The notes under the pieces: model-generated
What the model was told of the DNA's origin: nothing
The model's input: only the letters and a program-made list of their open reading frames with translations
Databases searched by the model: none
Position numbers and translations under genes: made by a program
In this document: positions 1-12,572 of the stretch, in pieces
How the letters are laid out: each line of letters opens with the position of its first letter
Numbering within the stretch: the first letter of the stretch is position 1
Source: Paraspadella gotoi
Taxonomy: Eukaryota; Animalia; Chaetognatha
NCBI GenBank assembly: GCA_051294375.1
Contig: CM119270.1
Location: 17,233,904 to 17,297,903 of the forward strand
DNA length: 64,000 nt
Direction: 5' to 3'

Positions 1-428
1 CTCCTCTTTGTCCGTCTGTCGGTCTATCTCTCCATTCTGTCTGTCCGTTCGTCCGTTTGCCTGTCTATAGACAGGTTTCTGAGTCCATTTGTGCCGAATC
101 AATTTCCGCGTTAGTCTCTTAACTCCTCCGCCATCTTCTATTTTTATCCGTTCGTCCGTTTTTTGTTTTAATCGTTTTGTCTTTTTATCCTTTGCTTTTT
201 TTCGGTATGTTCCGTCTCTCAGTACGTCCGCTTCGACGTCCGTTACTCAGTAAGTCTGTTCTCTCTCTCGAGTCTCCCGCTTCTAGGCTACGTCCGTCAT
301 TCTCCGTACGTCCGTTCTTCCTCGAATCCATTCCTCCACGAACGTCCGTCTCTCTTTCTCTCAGTTTGTCTGTTCCCTCATCGCTCCAGATCGGAACAGT
401 CTCCGCCTTCAAAAATTCCCGCAAACAG

Positions 429-603
429 AACCAACCTCTCTTCCACGGTCGCTACACCATGGGCCAATACACCTTCAAGAAATATCACATGAAGAACAAA
501 GTCAACGCCTTCGTGCGGAAGTTGGCGCCGAAGGGAATGCTGGAGTTCGAGGAGTACTCGTGGAACGCTTATCCCTATTGCCGGACGATTATACGGAACG
601 AGA
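429..603 (+). CDS. Class I phosphatidylinositol transfer protein (PITP alpha/beta, vibrator-like), internal exon; upstream exons lie outside the window
   Basis: Translates [58 protein letters not shown], matching PITP motifs GQYTxKxYH and [12 protein letters not shown]; acceptor aacag| (an alternative acceptor at 389 is possible), donor |gtgaga, phase 1. Confidence 0.93.
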
Positions 604-975
604 GTGAGAGGGAGAGGGAGAGGGAGAGGGAGGGAAGAGGAGGAAGGGAGGAGAAGAGGGAGGAACAAGAGGAGGAAGGGTGGAGGAGAGAAGGAAGGGG
701 AAAAGGGAGGAGAAAGAGGGAAGGGAAGGGAGGAAGGCTGGAGGAGAGGGAAGGGAAGGGAGAGAGAAGAGAGAGAGGGAAGGGAGGAGCGAGAGGGAGG
801 GATATGGGAGGAAGGGAGGAGGGAAGAAAGAAAGGAGCGAAACGGAAAAAAGGAGAAGAAGAGACTAGGAGAAGAGAGAGAGAGATGAGAGAGAGAGGAG
901 AGAGGAGAGAGAGAGAGAGAGAGCATGTGATCTCCCTGACCTCTTTGATCCTCAGAACCAGCTTGACCCTTGCAG

Positions 976-1040
976 GCTACATGAAGGACGATTTCGAGGT
1001 CAAAGTGGAAACGTTTCACACGCAGGACAGAGGAACTCAA
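976..1040 (+). CDS. PITP exon (S)[21 protein letters not shown]
   Basis: tgcag| acceptor, |gtgagt donor; phase 1 matches previous exon; PITP motif YMKDxFxIxIETxHxxDRGTQ. Confidence 0.92.
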
Positions 1041-1204
1041 GTGAGTTGACCCAGTTGCGACTTTCCTATTTTCTTTTCCTTTGTTTTCTTTCACTTTCTT
1101 CTTTTCTTATTGACTCTTTTCAATTTCCTTCCTTATGTTTTGTTGAAATTTGCATCTTTCATTCCTCTTCTTTCTCTTCTCCTTCCTTCTTTCCCTCTTT
1201 TCCC

Positions 1205-1610
1205 TTTTTTTTGGCACTTCCTTTTTCTTTCAACCTTTTCCTTTCTTATTTTTCTCCCCTCCATTCTCCTTTCCTTCCCCTTTTTTTGGCTCATCCTTTT
1301 CTTCAACCTTTTCCCTTCTTATTTTTCTCCCCTCCATCTCTTTCTTCGCTTTTTTGGCACTTCCTTTTTCTTTCAACCTTTTCTTTCTTATTTTCCCCTC
1401 CATTCTCTATTCTTGACCCATTTTGTGCGTACTTTTTCTTTTCAACCTTTTCTCTCTTATTTTTCTCCCCTCCATTCTCCTTTTTCTTTCACCTTTTCTT
1501 TCTTATTTTTCTCCCTCCATTCTCCTTTCCTTCCCCTTTTTTGGCACTTCCTTTTTTTTTTTTTCAACCTTTTTCTTCCTTAACCTTCTCCCTCCATTCT
1601 CTTTCCCTTT
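1205..1610. repeat. Pyrimidine-rich ~70-bp degenerate minisatellite in PITP intron
   Basis: Recurring ttttggcacttcctttttctttcaaccttttc...ttatttttctcccctccattctc units, about 5-6 copies. Confidence 0.7.
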
Positions 1611-1713
1611 CCATTTTCCTTATTTTACTACGCCTGCTTCCTACTTTCTTTTTTTCCTTCCTTCCTTTCCTCCCTTCTTCTTCCTTCCTCCCTTTCTCCC
1701 CTTCCGATCTCAG

Positions 1714-1827
1714 ACAACGTCCATACTTCTGAGCGAAAACGAATTGAAGGAAAGAAAATCGATTACATAGACATCGCGAAGTTCCAAGTTCAGCGTTAAA
1801 GCCGACGAGAAGACCTCACAACTTCAA
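1714..1827 (+). CDS. PITP exon with apparent indel errors (DNVH..LSENELKERKIDYIDIA...DED.T.FK)
   Basis: Fragments match the PITP ENVHxL..E.L..R.V..IDIA...Y..EEDP..FK segment but need frameshifts; donor aa|gtgaga phase 2 fits next exon. Confidence 0.75.
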
Positions 1828-2261
1828 GTGAGAATTGAGAGAGGGACCTCGGAAAAATGTGATTGGAGGATCGAGAATTTTTCACCGAGAGTGGGAGAGA
1901 GGGGTCCAGGAAAATGAGATGGAAGATTTTTTCACGTGAGAGCGAGATAAAAAAGAAAATCACGAGACATTCGGGTCTTTAACTTCAAATCTCAATTCGT
2001 TTTCACGACGTAAGATCGTGATGGAAACTTTATGAAAGTACGTAAAAGTTCACGAGCTTATGCTTGATGGATGCATTCACAGCTTTATAATTCCGAAATT
2101 TATCAACAGGAAAAAAACATTCTCGTAAGATAAGATTTTGGTAGTAATACTGTAAGTTTAAAAATCGACAACAAAATGACCAACAGCAGCGACAAACCTA
2201 TATACCGCAAAAATACGACTAACGACTCCTCCAACCCCAACAACGTCAACCACCCCATCAG

Positions 2262-2424
2262 GTCGAAAGAGACCGGTCGCGGTCCCTTGAAGGAGAATTG
2301 GGAGGAGGACCGCAAGTTGCCCATCATGTGCTGCTACAAGTTGGTCACCGTCAACTTCAAGTGGTTCGGACTCCAACGGACCGTCGAGAAGATGATCCTC
2401 AAGAATCAGAAGAAGTTGTTCGCC
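2262..2424 (+). CDS. PITP exon SKETGRGPLKENWEEDRKLPIMCCYKLVTVNFKWFGLQRTVEKMILKNQKKLFA
   Basis: catcag| acceptor phase 2, |gtgagt donor; hallmark TGRGPL and MCCYKLVTVxFKWFGLQ motifs. Confidence 0.95.
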
Positions 2425-3554
2425 GTGAGTTGGAGGACTTTACGTGTGTGGAGACGAGAGTGTGTGTGTGTGTGGGGAAGTCAGGGGAAGTGTGCGTGGG
2501 AGAGTGTGAGCGTGACGCTTGGTTGTATGCTTGAAGAATAATAAAGAGGAAAATAAGGGAGCAGAAAGGGTGGCCATTTTACATAATACAAAACATTAAT
2601 AATAACTTTTTTTTACGTGTTAACTCGTATAATAACTTTAAGCTGGCTGGCTTTCTTTCTTTCTTTCTTTCTTTCTTTCTNNNNNNNNNNNNNNNNNNNN
2701 NNNNNNNNNNNNNNNNNNNNNNNNNNNNNNNNNNNNNNNNNNNNNNNNNNNNNNNNNNNNNNNNNNNNNNNNNNNNNNNNNNNNNNNNNNNNNNNNNNNN
2801 NNNNNNNNNNNNNNNNNNNNNNNNNNNNNNNNNNNNNNNNNNNNNNNNNNNNNNNNNNNNNNNNNNNNNNNNNNNNNNNNNNNNNNNNNNNNNNNNNNNN
2901 NNNNNNNNNNNNNNNNNNNNNNNNNNNNNNNNNNNNNNNNNNNNNNNNNNNNNNNNNNNNNNNNNNNNNNNNNNNNNNNNNNNNNNNNNNNNNNNNNNNN
3001 NNNNNNNNNNNNNNNNNNNNNNNNNNNNNNNNNNNNNNNNNNNNNNNNNNNNNNNNNNNNNNNNNNNNNNNNNNNNNNNNNNNNNNNNNNNNNNNNNNNN
3101 NNNNNNNNNNNNNNNNNNNNNNNNNNNNNNNNNNNNNNNNNNNNNNNNNNNNNNNNNNNNNNNNNNNNNNNNNNNNNNNNNNNNNNNNNNNNNNNNNNNN
3201 NNNNNNNNNNNNNNNNNNNNNNNNNNNNNNNNNNNNNNNNNNNNNNNNNNNNNNNNNNNNNNNNNNNNNNNNNNNNNNNNNNNNNNNNNNNNNNNNNNNN
3301 NNNNNNNNNNNNNNNNNNNNNNNNNNNNNNNNNNNNNNNNNNNNNNNNNNNNNNNNNACACATTTTTTTTTTTCTGTGTATTTAAAAAAAAAAAAGAAAA
3401 AGTTGCTTTCAATGTATTGAGAAAACGAATCAAATGAATGAACGACCATCGTTTACCTATAGGTTCCTTCTTGCAGAGGGTACCATCGGTCCAATCGAGG
3501 TCCATGTATAACCATATCTATCTATCTATCTCTCTCTCCCCCTTATCCACCCAG

Positions 3555-3698
3555 AGGTTCAACCGGCTGGTCTTTGGTTGGATCGACTCCTGGATCCATC
3601 TGTCCGTCGATCAGATCAGAGAGATGGACACGAAGGCGAAGGAGGAGCTCGACAAGCAGAGAGAAGAGGCCGAAGCCAAGGGGACAGCGATGGAATGA
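3555..3698 (+). CDS. PITP terminal exon RFNRLVFGWIDSWIHLSVDQIREMDTKAKEELDKQREEAEAKGTAME*
   Basis: cccag| acceptor phase 0; aligns with FHRQxFCWxDxWxxLTMxDIRxxExxTKEELD C-terminal helix; TGA ends at 3698. Confidence 0.92.
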   Translation, partial: RFNRLVFGWIDSWIHLSVDQIREMDTKAKEELDKQREEAEAKGTAME

Positions 3699-3878
3699 CG
3701 GCGGAAGACAGCGAAGGAATTGAGGAAGAGCGATTGGAGCAGTTGTCAAGAGGACAGATGAAGGACAGAGATGGAATTATGGAAAGACGATTGAGGATGG
3801 AAAGATAACTATAGACATACTAAAATTGGAACGTTATGAAATTAAAATGGAATGTAATGTAATGAAAAAATGTGTATC

Positions 3879-3884
3879 AATAAA
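3879..3884 (+). promoter_or_regulatory. Candidate polyadenylation signal of the PITP gene
   Basis: AATAAA ~180 nt after the stop, followed by a GT/T-rich stretch (cgttgtttctttg). Confidence 0.5.
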
Positions 3885-4123
3885 AGGAAAAGCGTAATGA
3901 CGTTGTTTCTTTGCGAGTAAGAAAAAGGATAAGGAATCTATCAACCAATTGTTTGTCAGTTTAATTCATATCGATCGAGTCAGTAAACAAAAAAAAAACT
4001 AAAGTTTATACCTTTTAAATCTGATTGGTTATTTTAATCTATATAAAAGTATACATCGTCGATCCTCATCGTCGTCGTCATCATCATCATCATCATCATC
4101 ATCNNNNNNNNNNNNNNNNNNNN

Positions 4124-4162
<39 letters not shown>

Positions 4163-4815
4163 GGATCGTGGGCAACACGTAGATGATTCGACGTCAGTTA
4201 ATATTTTTAGTTTAGGAAATAAATAACAAAAAGTCGTCAATTTAATTTTCAATTCGCAGCTGAGATTCGAAAAAATGGCGACTGGCGACCAGCGGCCTCT
4301 TTAGGCGAAAGACGGACATTTCGGATTCGGTGGGGACGGGAAGTAAATATATTTTATATTCATTTATTGATAAATAATTAGGAATGGAGACGAAGAACGA
4401 TTGAAACAGTAAATTATTAAATTCATTCGTAATAGTAAACACAGCTGTATTTATTACTTTCACGTCTTTACTTGTATAATGATCATCTTTGAAATTTAGT
4501 TAAAGAATTATATAAAAATCGGTCCATTTTCTTACAAAGAATTAATTAACAGAGGGTCTTTGGTTTTGTTTTTTTTGCGATTAACTAAAAGAAAGAAAAG
4601 ATCAAAAAGAAACGAATAACAAATAAGATTTTTTACTCCCACATGGGTGCCGGAGGAATTCCCACCTGTGGGTGTTGGATGTGGTTGGGTTGTGGTTGGT
4701 TGTGTGGAGAAGGTCGGTGTCTGTCTGTCTGTCTGTCTGCCCTTCCGTTTAAAAGAGAAGCGATGAGAACAAAAATAAAAGGCAAAAATGAGTCAGGGTC
4801 AACATGTGGAGTCAA

Positions 4816-4988
4816 TGACGTCGAACCGGAAGTCAACGGGTTTTTTCCGGAAGTTTTTGACTTTTGAAAATTCTTTCGATGTGAATGTTTGGGTTGTGAG
4901 GGTAATAAGATTCTGGTGATCAACTTAGATTAGTCCGCGATTCTGTGATTCACTCTGCTCAAAAATTCACAACTCACAAATATCGATA
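4816..4988. promoter_or_regulatory. Possible promoter-like motif cluster (CRE-like, two ETS, DRE)
   Basis: TGACGTC 4816-4822, CCGGAAGT 4826-4833 and 4847-4854, TATCGATA 4981-4988; motif matches only. Confidence 0.25.
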
Positions 4989-5131
4989 GCTTTCTTTCAA
5001 ACAATTTCGAATATAAATTACCCCCTTTTATATTTAATTAATTATTATTATCAAAGAAAGAATTAAAAAATCAATCTTATTTTAGGTCAACTTTACCCTT
5101 ACCCCTTACCCTCTTTTTTTTTTAAACTCAC

Positions 5132-5272
5132 CCCCGTTCATTTTTCCCGAGAAGGCTGCCCCGTGCCCGATGGGCGCGCCCTTCCCCGGATGTAACCCGT
5201 TGGTCGGTGGCGATGTCGAGGGCGTGGCCGCAGCTGCCGCCGCGGCTGCCGTGCCCGGCGGGCCGCCCATTG
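5132..5272 (-). CDS. Candidate GC-rich exon of an unidentified gene (MGGPPGTAAAAAAAATPSTSPPTNGLHPGKGAPIGHGAAFSGKMNG)
   Basis: GC-rich island with an open frame, strong donor g|gtgagt at 5131 and an upstream polypyrimidine tract; no recognisable domain and no clear acceptor. Confidence 0.35.
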
Positions 5273-5888
5273 GCGCGGAGATGGGCGGAGGGAGGAAGGG
5301 GAGAAAAGTGGGGGAGAAGGGGGAGAAGGGATGGGACATGGTTTATGAGGGTGAGATAGAGAGGGAGAGGAAGAAATAGAGGGAGAGGGAGAGGAAGAAG
5401 AACTTGTAGTTGAGAATCAGAGATCGTCGGGAGTTTTTTTTTCCAAGTTTTTATTTCGACGACTTTTTGAGTTCATAGAGATTAAAAGACTACTTTTTTA
5501 TTTATAGGCGGTATTAAAAATGTTTTTTTTTAAATTAAGAACATTTAGTCCTTTATAATTAAAAACAGTTAATCAAAGATTAAATTGTTCGGGAGATTTC
5601 GCCGATGCGCCACTCAGATATTCCTTTTAGTTCGTCGATTTTTTCGTCGAGAAAATTTTTAATCTTGACGCAGTATTTATTTTTCTGATGAGGATAAAAG
5701 TTTCAACTTCTCTGTCTCTCGGCGAAGAGATGAAATGACTCCGTCTCTATCTCTCGCTCTCGCTCCGCGCAATTCGTCAGGCGTAACGTCCGAGAGAGAA
5801 AAAGAAGAGTAGAAACTGTACAACGAATTCGTACATTAGTTGTTTCTTTTGGGACGCGAGACGGCGAAGCGGGGCTCGCGTCGTCGTC

Positions 5889-5963
<75 letters not shown>

Positions 5964-6476
5964 AATAAAAAAAAAGAAACTGAAAATCTAAAATTCATTC
6001 TCCGATGTAGCGGCAAATATTTTTCCTCTTCCTTCTCTCATTCGATTAACTTAGCGTTTCTCCTCCTCTTCCTCCTCCCATAGAATCCCTAACGAGGAAT
6101 CTTCCCCCCCGACGAATTTTAATCTACATTTACGATTTTTAGCTTTAAGAGAAATTTATTATTGTTACTCATGAGTAAATACGTTTTGCATAACAGTTCT
6201 CAAGGTTTAACAAATATTAAGATATTTTAAGAATTATAAGAATTATAAACATTATAAGAATCTTACTGGGGACACGGCAAGATGTTTATTCATTACAAAA
6301 AGCGTTTAGCATTAGATCAGATTTATTCATCAGAAGTAGTTGAGCACTTTGTTATCGTGAGACTAAACTAAGAATCGAGAATATCGTGAATAAGAAACAC
6401 TGTTGATGCAAATAAAAAGAACCGGTTACAGGGAGACATTGCTTATAGTTTNNNNNNNNNNNNNNNNNNNNNNNNN

Positions 6477-7388
6477 GGGCGGATTTTGGAAAAAAGATCG
6501 AGACCGACGACGACGAACGACGACGACGACGACCACAATAAAGAAACTCCCCCCCTTACTCGATGTGAGAAACGAGATTCGCGAGGACGAGGGTAAGTCG
6601 AGTGAGGCTCGAATCAAAAAAAAAGGTGGGGAGAGTGTGTAATTTCCCCGGACTCGGCGACTCATATAAAAAAGGAGTGAGGCCGAAGCGAGATCGTGGG
6701 TAAGTAAAGGTAAGGAAGAAAAAAAGAGGGAGGAAAGTTGTTTGTTTTGAAGTAAATAAGATTGAAAATAAAAAATCCTTATGGTTTCGATTGTTTAAAA
6801 AGACTAGGTTTACCTTTTCCTCATCCTTTTTTCCGCCTCGATTAACAACAACAGTGAATTAAAAAAAATCGGCGCTTTCACTCTTGCTCCCCTCCCTCCA
6901 CTTTCCCCCCCCCCCAAACTCCGCATTTTCTTAAACGATTTCCTAAAATTAATCAAATTAACAAAAATTTTTTACAACATTGGACATGTCAAAACATGGA
7001 AGTCAATAAGGGTATCGAGTTACAAATTTCAGGTGATATAACGAATAATTTTTTTTTTAATTTTTTTACTGACGAATCTCTTTGCTTCGTTTTTAATACA
7101 AATAAATGTTCAAACAAACAAACTTCACTGGAGAATTGACATTTTTTATGTTTATATCTTCGAAAAAAAAAAAAATCACTAAATTTGAGCAATAAAAAGT
7201 TTAAGACTTTTTTAGCGATAAGAAACTAAAAACGGCTTTTGGTCGTGTCACCTTATTCAGGCTAAAACAACCAACCAACGTAATAAGCCACTTTTTATTT
7301 AAGTGACAACTTCAAATATAACACAGTATCACAATGGGAAAAAAGAAAAAGTACCTTTCTTATTCCGATTTTCTCTCTCTTTCTCCCC

Positions 7389-7465
<77 letters not shown>

Positions 7466-10357
7466 CTTCCTTCTCTCTTCTCTCTCTTCTCTGAGATCGA
7501 TAAGATTTAACGCAAAGAAATGTCAATTTCTTGTTGATTTAAAAATGTTAAATCTGCGCAGAAGTTATAAACAGATTTTTTAATGTTGTAATGTATTTTG
7601 TCAATAGGAAAATACATAAATTGTTTAAAACGGACGCTTTGGATTTATTCTTTTATTACTTTGATTAATATTTTTGGCTTCATTAATCCGTCCTCCGCTG
7701 CAGCAGCAGCAGCAGCATCAGCCCTCGATGTCGTAATTCGGACGCATTCCCAGCGCAATTGAGGCGGATTCGACCACCGAGTTAGCGGGCGGCGGCGGCG
7801 GGCGGCTGGCGGGCGGCCGGCGGCGGCGGCGCACGTTATCCGCCCTGAAATCTGAGAAATTTGTTTTTTCCAAACAGTTGATATCAATAATATTAATGGA
7901 ATTGGATGTCTTCATTCATCTCCCTTTCTACTTCTTCTCTCTCTCCTCTTCCCTTTGTTTCCCCGAGCGGCCCGGAATAAAACAAAGGAAGGATGAAAAC
8001 AAAAACACGAAAAAATGGAAGAAAAAAAATTAACTGAATCAGATGATATAAGATGAAAAATCGATTGAAAAGCGCGAAACCAGTGGGACGGCCGGCCGAG
8101 ATTGTTCAACGTTGTTTTAAATTTAGAAGGAATTCAAAAACTATAAATATATTTAAAAATCGTAACAATTTAATCAAATTTAGTAAAAAATAATCAGGAA
8201 ATATGAATATTTATTTAATAATAATCTATTTGCCCCTGACTTAGATGCTATGTGAGATATTATACCTTCATCCTTCTTAACAAAATAATAATAATTATAA
8301 AATTAATCCAAACTTTTCATAGGCTTGAGTTTATGTATTAAACTTTTCTTTTTTATCAAAAATAATTTACAAAGAAGAAAAATAATTAATAAAAAATGAT
8401 TATTTACTTTTTTTATTTTCAATATTGTAATTTTTTTTTTTATTTATTTAAAAACTTTTTTTAATAATACGTAACGCTAGCGTCGTTTTACCACACTCAC
8501 AACTAAAAAAAAATTATTATCTCAAAAAGGAAGGACAAAGTCTTTGTTCCCCGAACACACAATGACGGATTGGCAAGAGGAGGTAAGGGACAATGACGAA
8601 GCGATGGAAGAGGAACAACTGAAAAACTGAAAGGTGAGGTGGGGGGGAACCGATTTGAAATTGAAGAAAAAAGTAAGGGAACAAAAGATCAACGGATCCT
8701 ATGAGAAAAAAAAGAGGAAGAAGATCTTTCCGTGTTTCGTGTGATTGGCGTTATCCGATCTTCGATCTCTTTTGCATCCTCCCTTATCGATGCTCTTTTG
8801 CTTTTCTCGTCTCTTCCCTTTTTATTTCGCTTGTGCAACAAAATCCCAGAATCGGAAAATCAAATGCGTGCGGACTTTCGTGAGAGCCGGCTCTTTTTCT
8901 TTGTTCAAAATACCACTTTGATAACTTTTTTGTAAAAATTATTAAAATATATATATATATATAGATATATTATATTGGTTGTAACAATTTCATAAGGTTA
9001 AAGATTATCTGATGAATAGTATTTATTTATTTGTATAGATTTAAAAATATAATTATTTTGATTATTTTTTTAATTTAAATTCTAAAAAATAAGTATATAC
9101 TATCTTATTCAAGTTGAACTAGTAATTTTTTTTTAAATATAAAAAATTATTTTTAATTTAAAACTTGATAAACATTTTTCACCAATAGCGCATTGAACGA
9201 AGTAAAATACCAAATTTTGTTTATTTTTTCTATTCGAGGGAAAAAGAAAATGAAAGAGAAAGCGATTTTCAGAGTAATAATAAAGATTTAAAAGAAGATG
9301 AATGGAATGAAGACAGGGACAACATTTTGGATTCAGTTCGACCCGTCTATCCTTTTATTCTTTTCGAGGAATGTTTTCCAAAATAGGAGAAATGTTTGGA
9401 AATTTGTATCGGATAAAGAATGTTGTGTTGTTGTTATGTACGCGGTTTCGTGTTTTTGTTAGTTTATATTTAATGTATAGTTGAAAAGAAAACAGATTTA
9501 ATTATTTTTTGTTCAAAATTCCGACCTCGTCGTCACCTGGTGGATTTAATTGATTTCGAATTTCATGCTGAGAAAAAAAAAGAAAACAAAAAGACAACAT
9601 CAAATAGCTTTCCAATTTTTACCCAAATGAAAATTTTTTACTTTGGCTTAATTAGCTCAAAACATGAAAACTATTAAATTTTAAAAGTTAAAAAAATTTT
9701 CGTGTTTTCGGCGAATAATAATGAAAACGTGTTTAACGAAAATTTACTTTTTGACTTAATTTCACAAGTTTTAATTTCTTACCTTCATAAATTGGACTGG
9801 ACAAAAATATCCGTTTCTTCGCCCAGAAAAAAATATTTTTCTTGGACAGTGGGCAGTGACAGTGACAATGACACCATTGGCAATTCAGTTTTTTCTCCGG
9901 ACAAAAGTGTAAATGACCGACAGATAATCGAAGGAACATTCGCCATTGGCTAATGACCACACACCGTTTATCCGACACCAGAAATTATCTTTTGTTTGTT
10001 TCGCCTCGTTTCGATATTTATCTGCAGGGCAATGGCGGCGGGTAGTGTGGCTGGCGGGCGGCGGCTGCGGCGGCCAGGCGGCGGCGGCGCGGCGGCGGCG
10101 GCGGCGGCGGCAAGATGTCCACATCGTTACGGTCAGAGTCGTTCTCATCTCGTCTTCATTATTCGGTCGTCGTCATCTTTATTCGTCGAAATCTTCATCG
10201 TCGTCGTTCGTCGTCGTCGTCGTCGTCATTCGTCGCCGCCGGCTGGTATCATCGGGTGAAACAAAACCCAAACGATTTCATCTTTAGACGATTGTTGTTG
10301 TTGTTGTCCAAGAAAAGACTGGGGATAAATATGGCCATGAGAGAGAGAGAGAGAGAG

Positions 10358-10396
<39 letters not shown>

Positions 10397-11205
10397 GAGA
10401 GTAGGAACGAGGAGAGAGAGAGATGAAAGAAATGAAAAAGAGAAAAAGAAAGAAAGGAGGGGGGGAAAAAAAGAAATAAACTAAAAACAAAAAACATAAT
10501 ATAATAGAAAGAAAGAAAGAAAGAAGAAAGAAATTTGCAACAGAAATAAAATAAAAGAAAAATAAAACGAAAAATTTAAACTAAGAAAGGGGAAAGATTA
10601 AGAAGAAAGATAGAAAAGAAGAAAGAAAAAAAGAACAAGATTAAGAAGAACAGAGAATTTAAAGTCAGCATATGTAAAGTATTGAAGCTATGTATTTTAT
10701 AATCAATATTAAATTTATTCATTCATTCAATAAACATATAATTACTTTAGTAGTAAAGTTGTATCGAAATTGTGCGACCTCGTGTGACGTTAGGGGAAAT
10801 TTTACGATCCTTATATTGGTTTTTTTAAAAGTATTTACATTATATATAATACATACACAATACATATATAATTACATACATATATAATCGTTTTAGCCAG
10901 ATGTCATCTGTAGGCAAAAAAAAGAAACGACTCAAAAAAAAAGCTTTCATCTCCTTTTTTTTTTCCTCTCACTGAAACTCAGTCGCTGAGATCGTGGCGG
11001 ATTCGGACACCAAATATTGTCAATAAACAAATGCCTTTCCTTTCCTTTCTATTTTCTTTTTACGCAATCTTGCGACGCCACGATCGTCGTTGTCATTATT
11101 CGTCGTCGTCGTCGTCGTCCCCGTCGTCGTCGTTCCGTCGTCGTCATCTGAAAAAAAAAGGGGTCATCTGTTTTTCTTATCTAATTCTTTTTATTTGTTA
11201 TTCGT
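6477..11205 (-). repeat. Left, error-rich arm of a ~4.5-kb inverted duplication of 17289-21690
   Basis: Reverse-complement matches throughout (6477 gggcggattttggaaaaaa vs 21671-21689; 11140-11205 vs 17290-17355); begins at a 25-N gap. Confidence 0.9.
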
Positions 11206-11989
11206 TGTTTATCCCACTTCACCGTCTGTTCTTCGCCCTCTTCTTCGTTTTCCACCTTTTGCTTACCCCCCCCCTCTTTCCCCCCCCATCTTTTCCACTC
11301 TCCCTCCCTTCTTCCTCTCTCCTCCTCTTTTTTTTTTTTTTTTTTTCCCTTTTCCGTTTCCTTTTACCCGAACGCCCGTCTCGGGAGCAAAGAGACGTAA
11401 TCGATGAAGGCGGTCATCGTCGTCGTCGTTCGTCGTTCATCGTCGTTATCGTCATGATTGTCGTTCGTCGTTCGTCATTCGTCGTTCATTCGTCATGATT
11501 GTCACGTCGTCGTCGGTCATGATTGTGTCGTCGTCATCATTCAATTTCGTTGTCAACATTAACGGCCGTCTTAAAATGTTTTATGTCGTGTTCGCTGTTA
11601 CCTTGACTTGATTGAAAGGCAATCGTCAAACGAGGGACTACCTTCACTCTCAAAGCTGTCTAAGATGTTAGACTTGAGACTTGCCTTTTGAGAGGCTGCA
11701 GCCAGAATGTGTTTTAATTAGGAGTGGGGAAAGATAGAGAATGAGAGGAGAGAGAAGGAGGGAGGTGAGGGGATTGGGAAGGTGAGGAAGAGGGGGGAGG
11801 GTGACCAGGTCGGCTGGGCCTGACCCACTCCGTTTACTCAAGAAAAAAGTATCGCGGATTCCGCCTTTTCGGCCTCTTTTCCTCTCCTTGATCGCTTGAG
11901 CCTTCCCGTCTCTTTTGCCATCCGAAAGGATGTTCCGCTAGCACCGCGTGGAGGGTAGAGAGTACTGCTAGCTGTCGCTGTTACCGACG

Positions 11990-12572
11990 TCGTCTTTGTC
12001 GTCGTCGTCATCGTCGTCGACAACGTCGCCATCTTCGTCATCGTCGTCTTTTACTCTCGTCATCGTCATCTTCGTCTAGAACTTTACGAGCCGCCTTAAA
12101 AATCTTTGTTAAAATCACTGTTACAGGACGTCGTTATTGTCGTCGTCGTGGTCGTCATCGTCAGCTTTATAATCAGACTAGACGCACGGCTTCCAGTTTC
12201 TAAAATTAAGTTCAGAAAATTGACGTTTTTGATTTAACTTCGAACGATAGCTAAACGAACCGGTTACAGGGAGATTGCTTATAGTTTTGTTGTTGTCGTT
12301 GTTGGCTCAGCTATCGTTCGAAGTTTAAATACAAAAACGTCAATTTTCTTAAACTTAATTTAGAAACTGGAAGCCGGCGTCTTGTCTGATTATAAAGATG
12401 ACGATGACGACCACGACGACGACAATAACGACGTCTGTAACAGTGATTTTAACAAAGATTTTAAGGCGGTCGTAAAGTTCTAGACGAAGATGACGATGAC
12501 GAAGAGTAAAAGGACGACGATGACGAAGATGGCGACGTTGTCGACGACGATGACGACGACGACAAAGACGAC
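11990..12572. repeat. ~260-bp inverted repeat (hairpin) with ~56-nt loop
   Basis: 11990-12252 is the reverse complement of 12309-12572 (ttcgaacgatagct / agctatcgttcgaa at the inner ends). Confidence 0.9.

Noticed and set aside
604-975. Glu/Arg/Gly-rich insertion inside PITP (ORF 177-1049)
   Set aside because: It is a purine-rich intron bounded by gt...ag that happens to lack in-frame stops
2579-3505. Long ORFs spanning N runs (also 17499-18589, 22326-23940, 30029-31400, 46410-46955)
   Set aside because: Length comes from untranslatable N gaps
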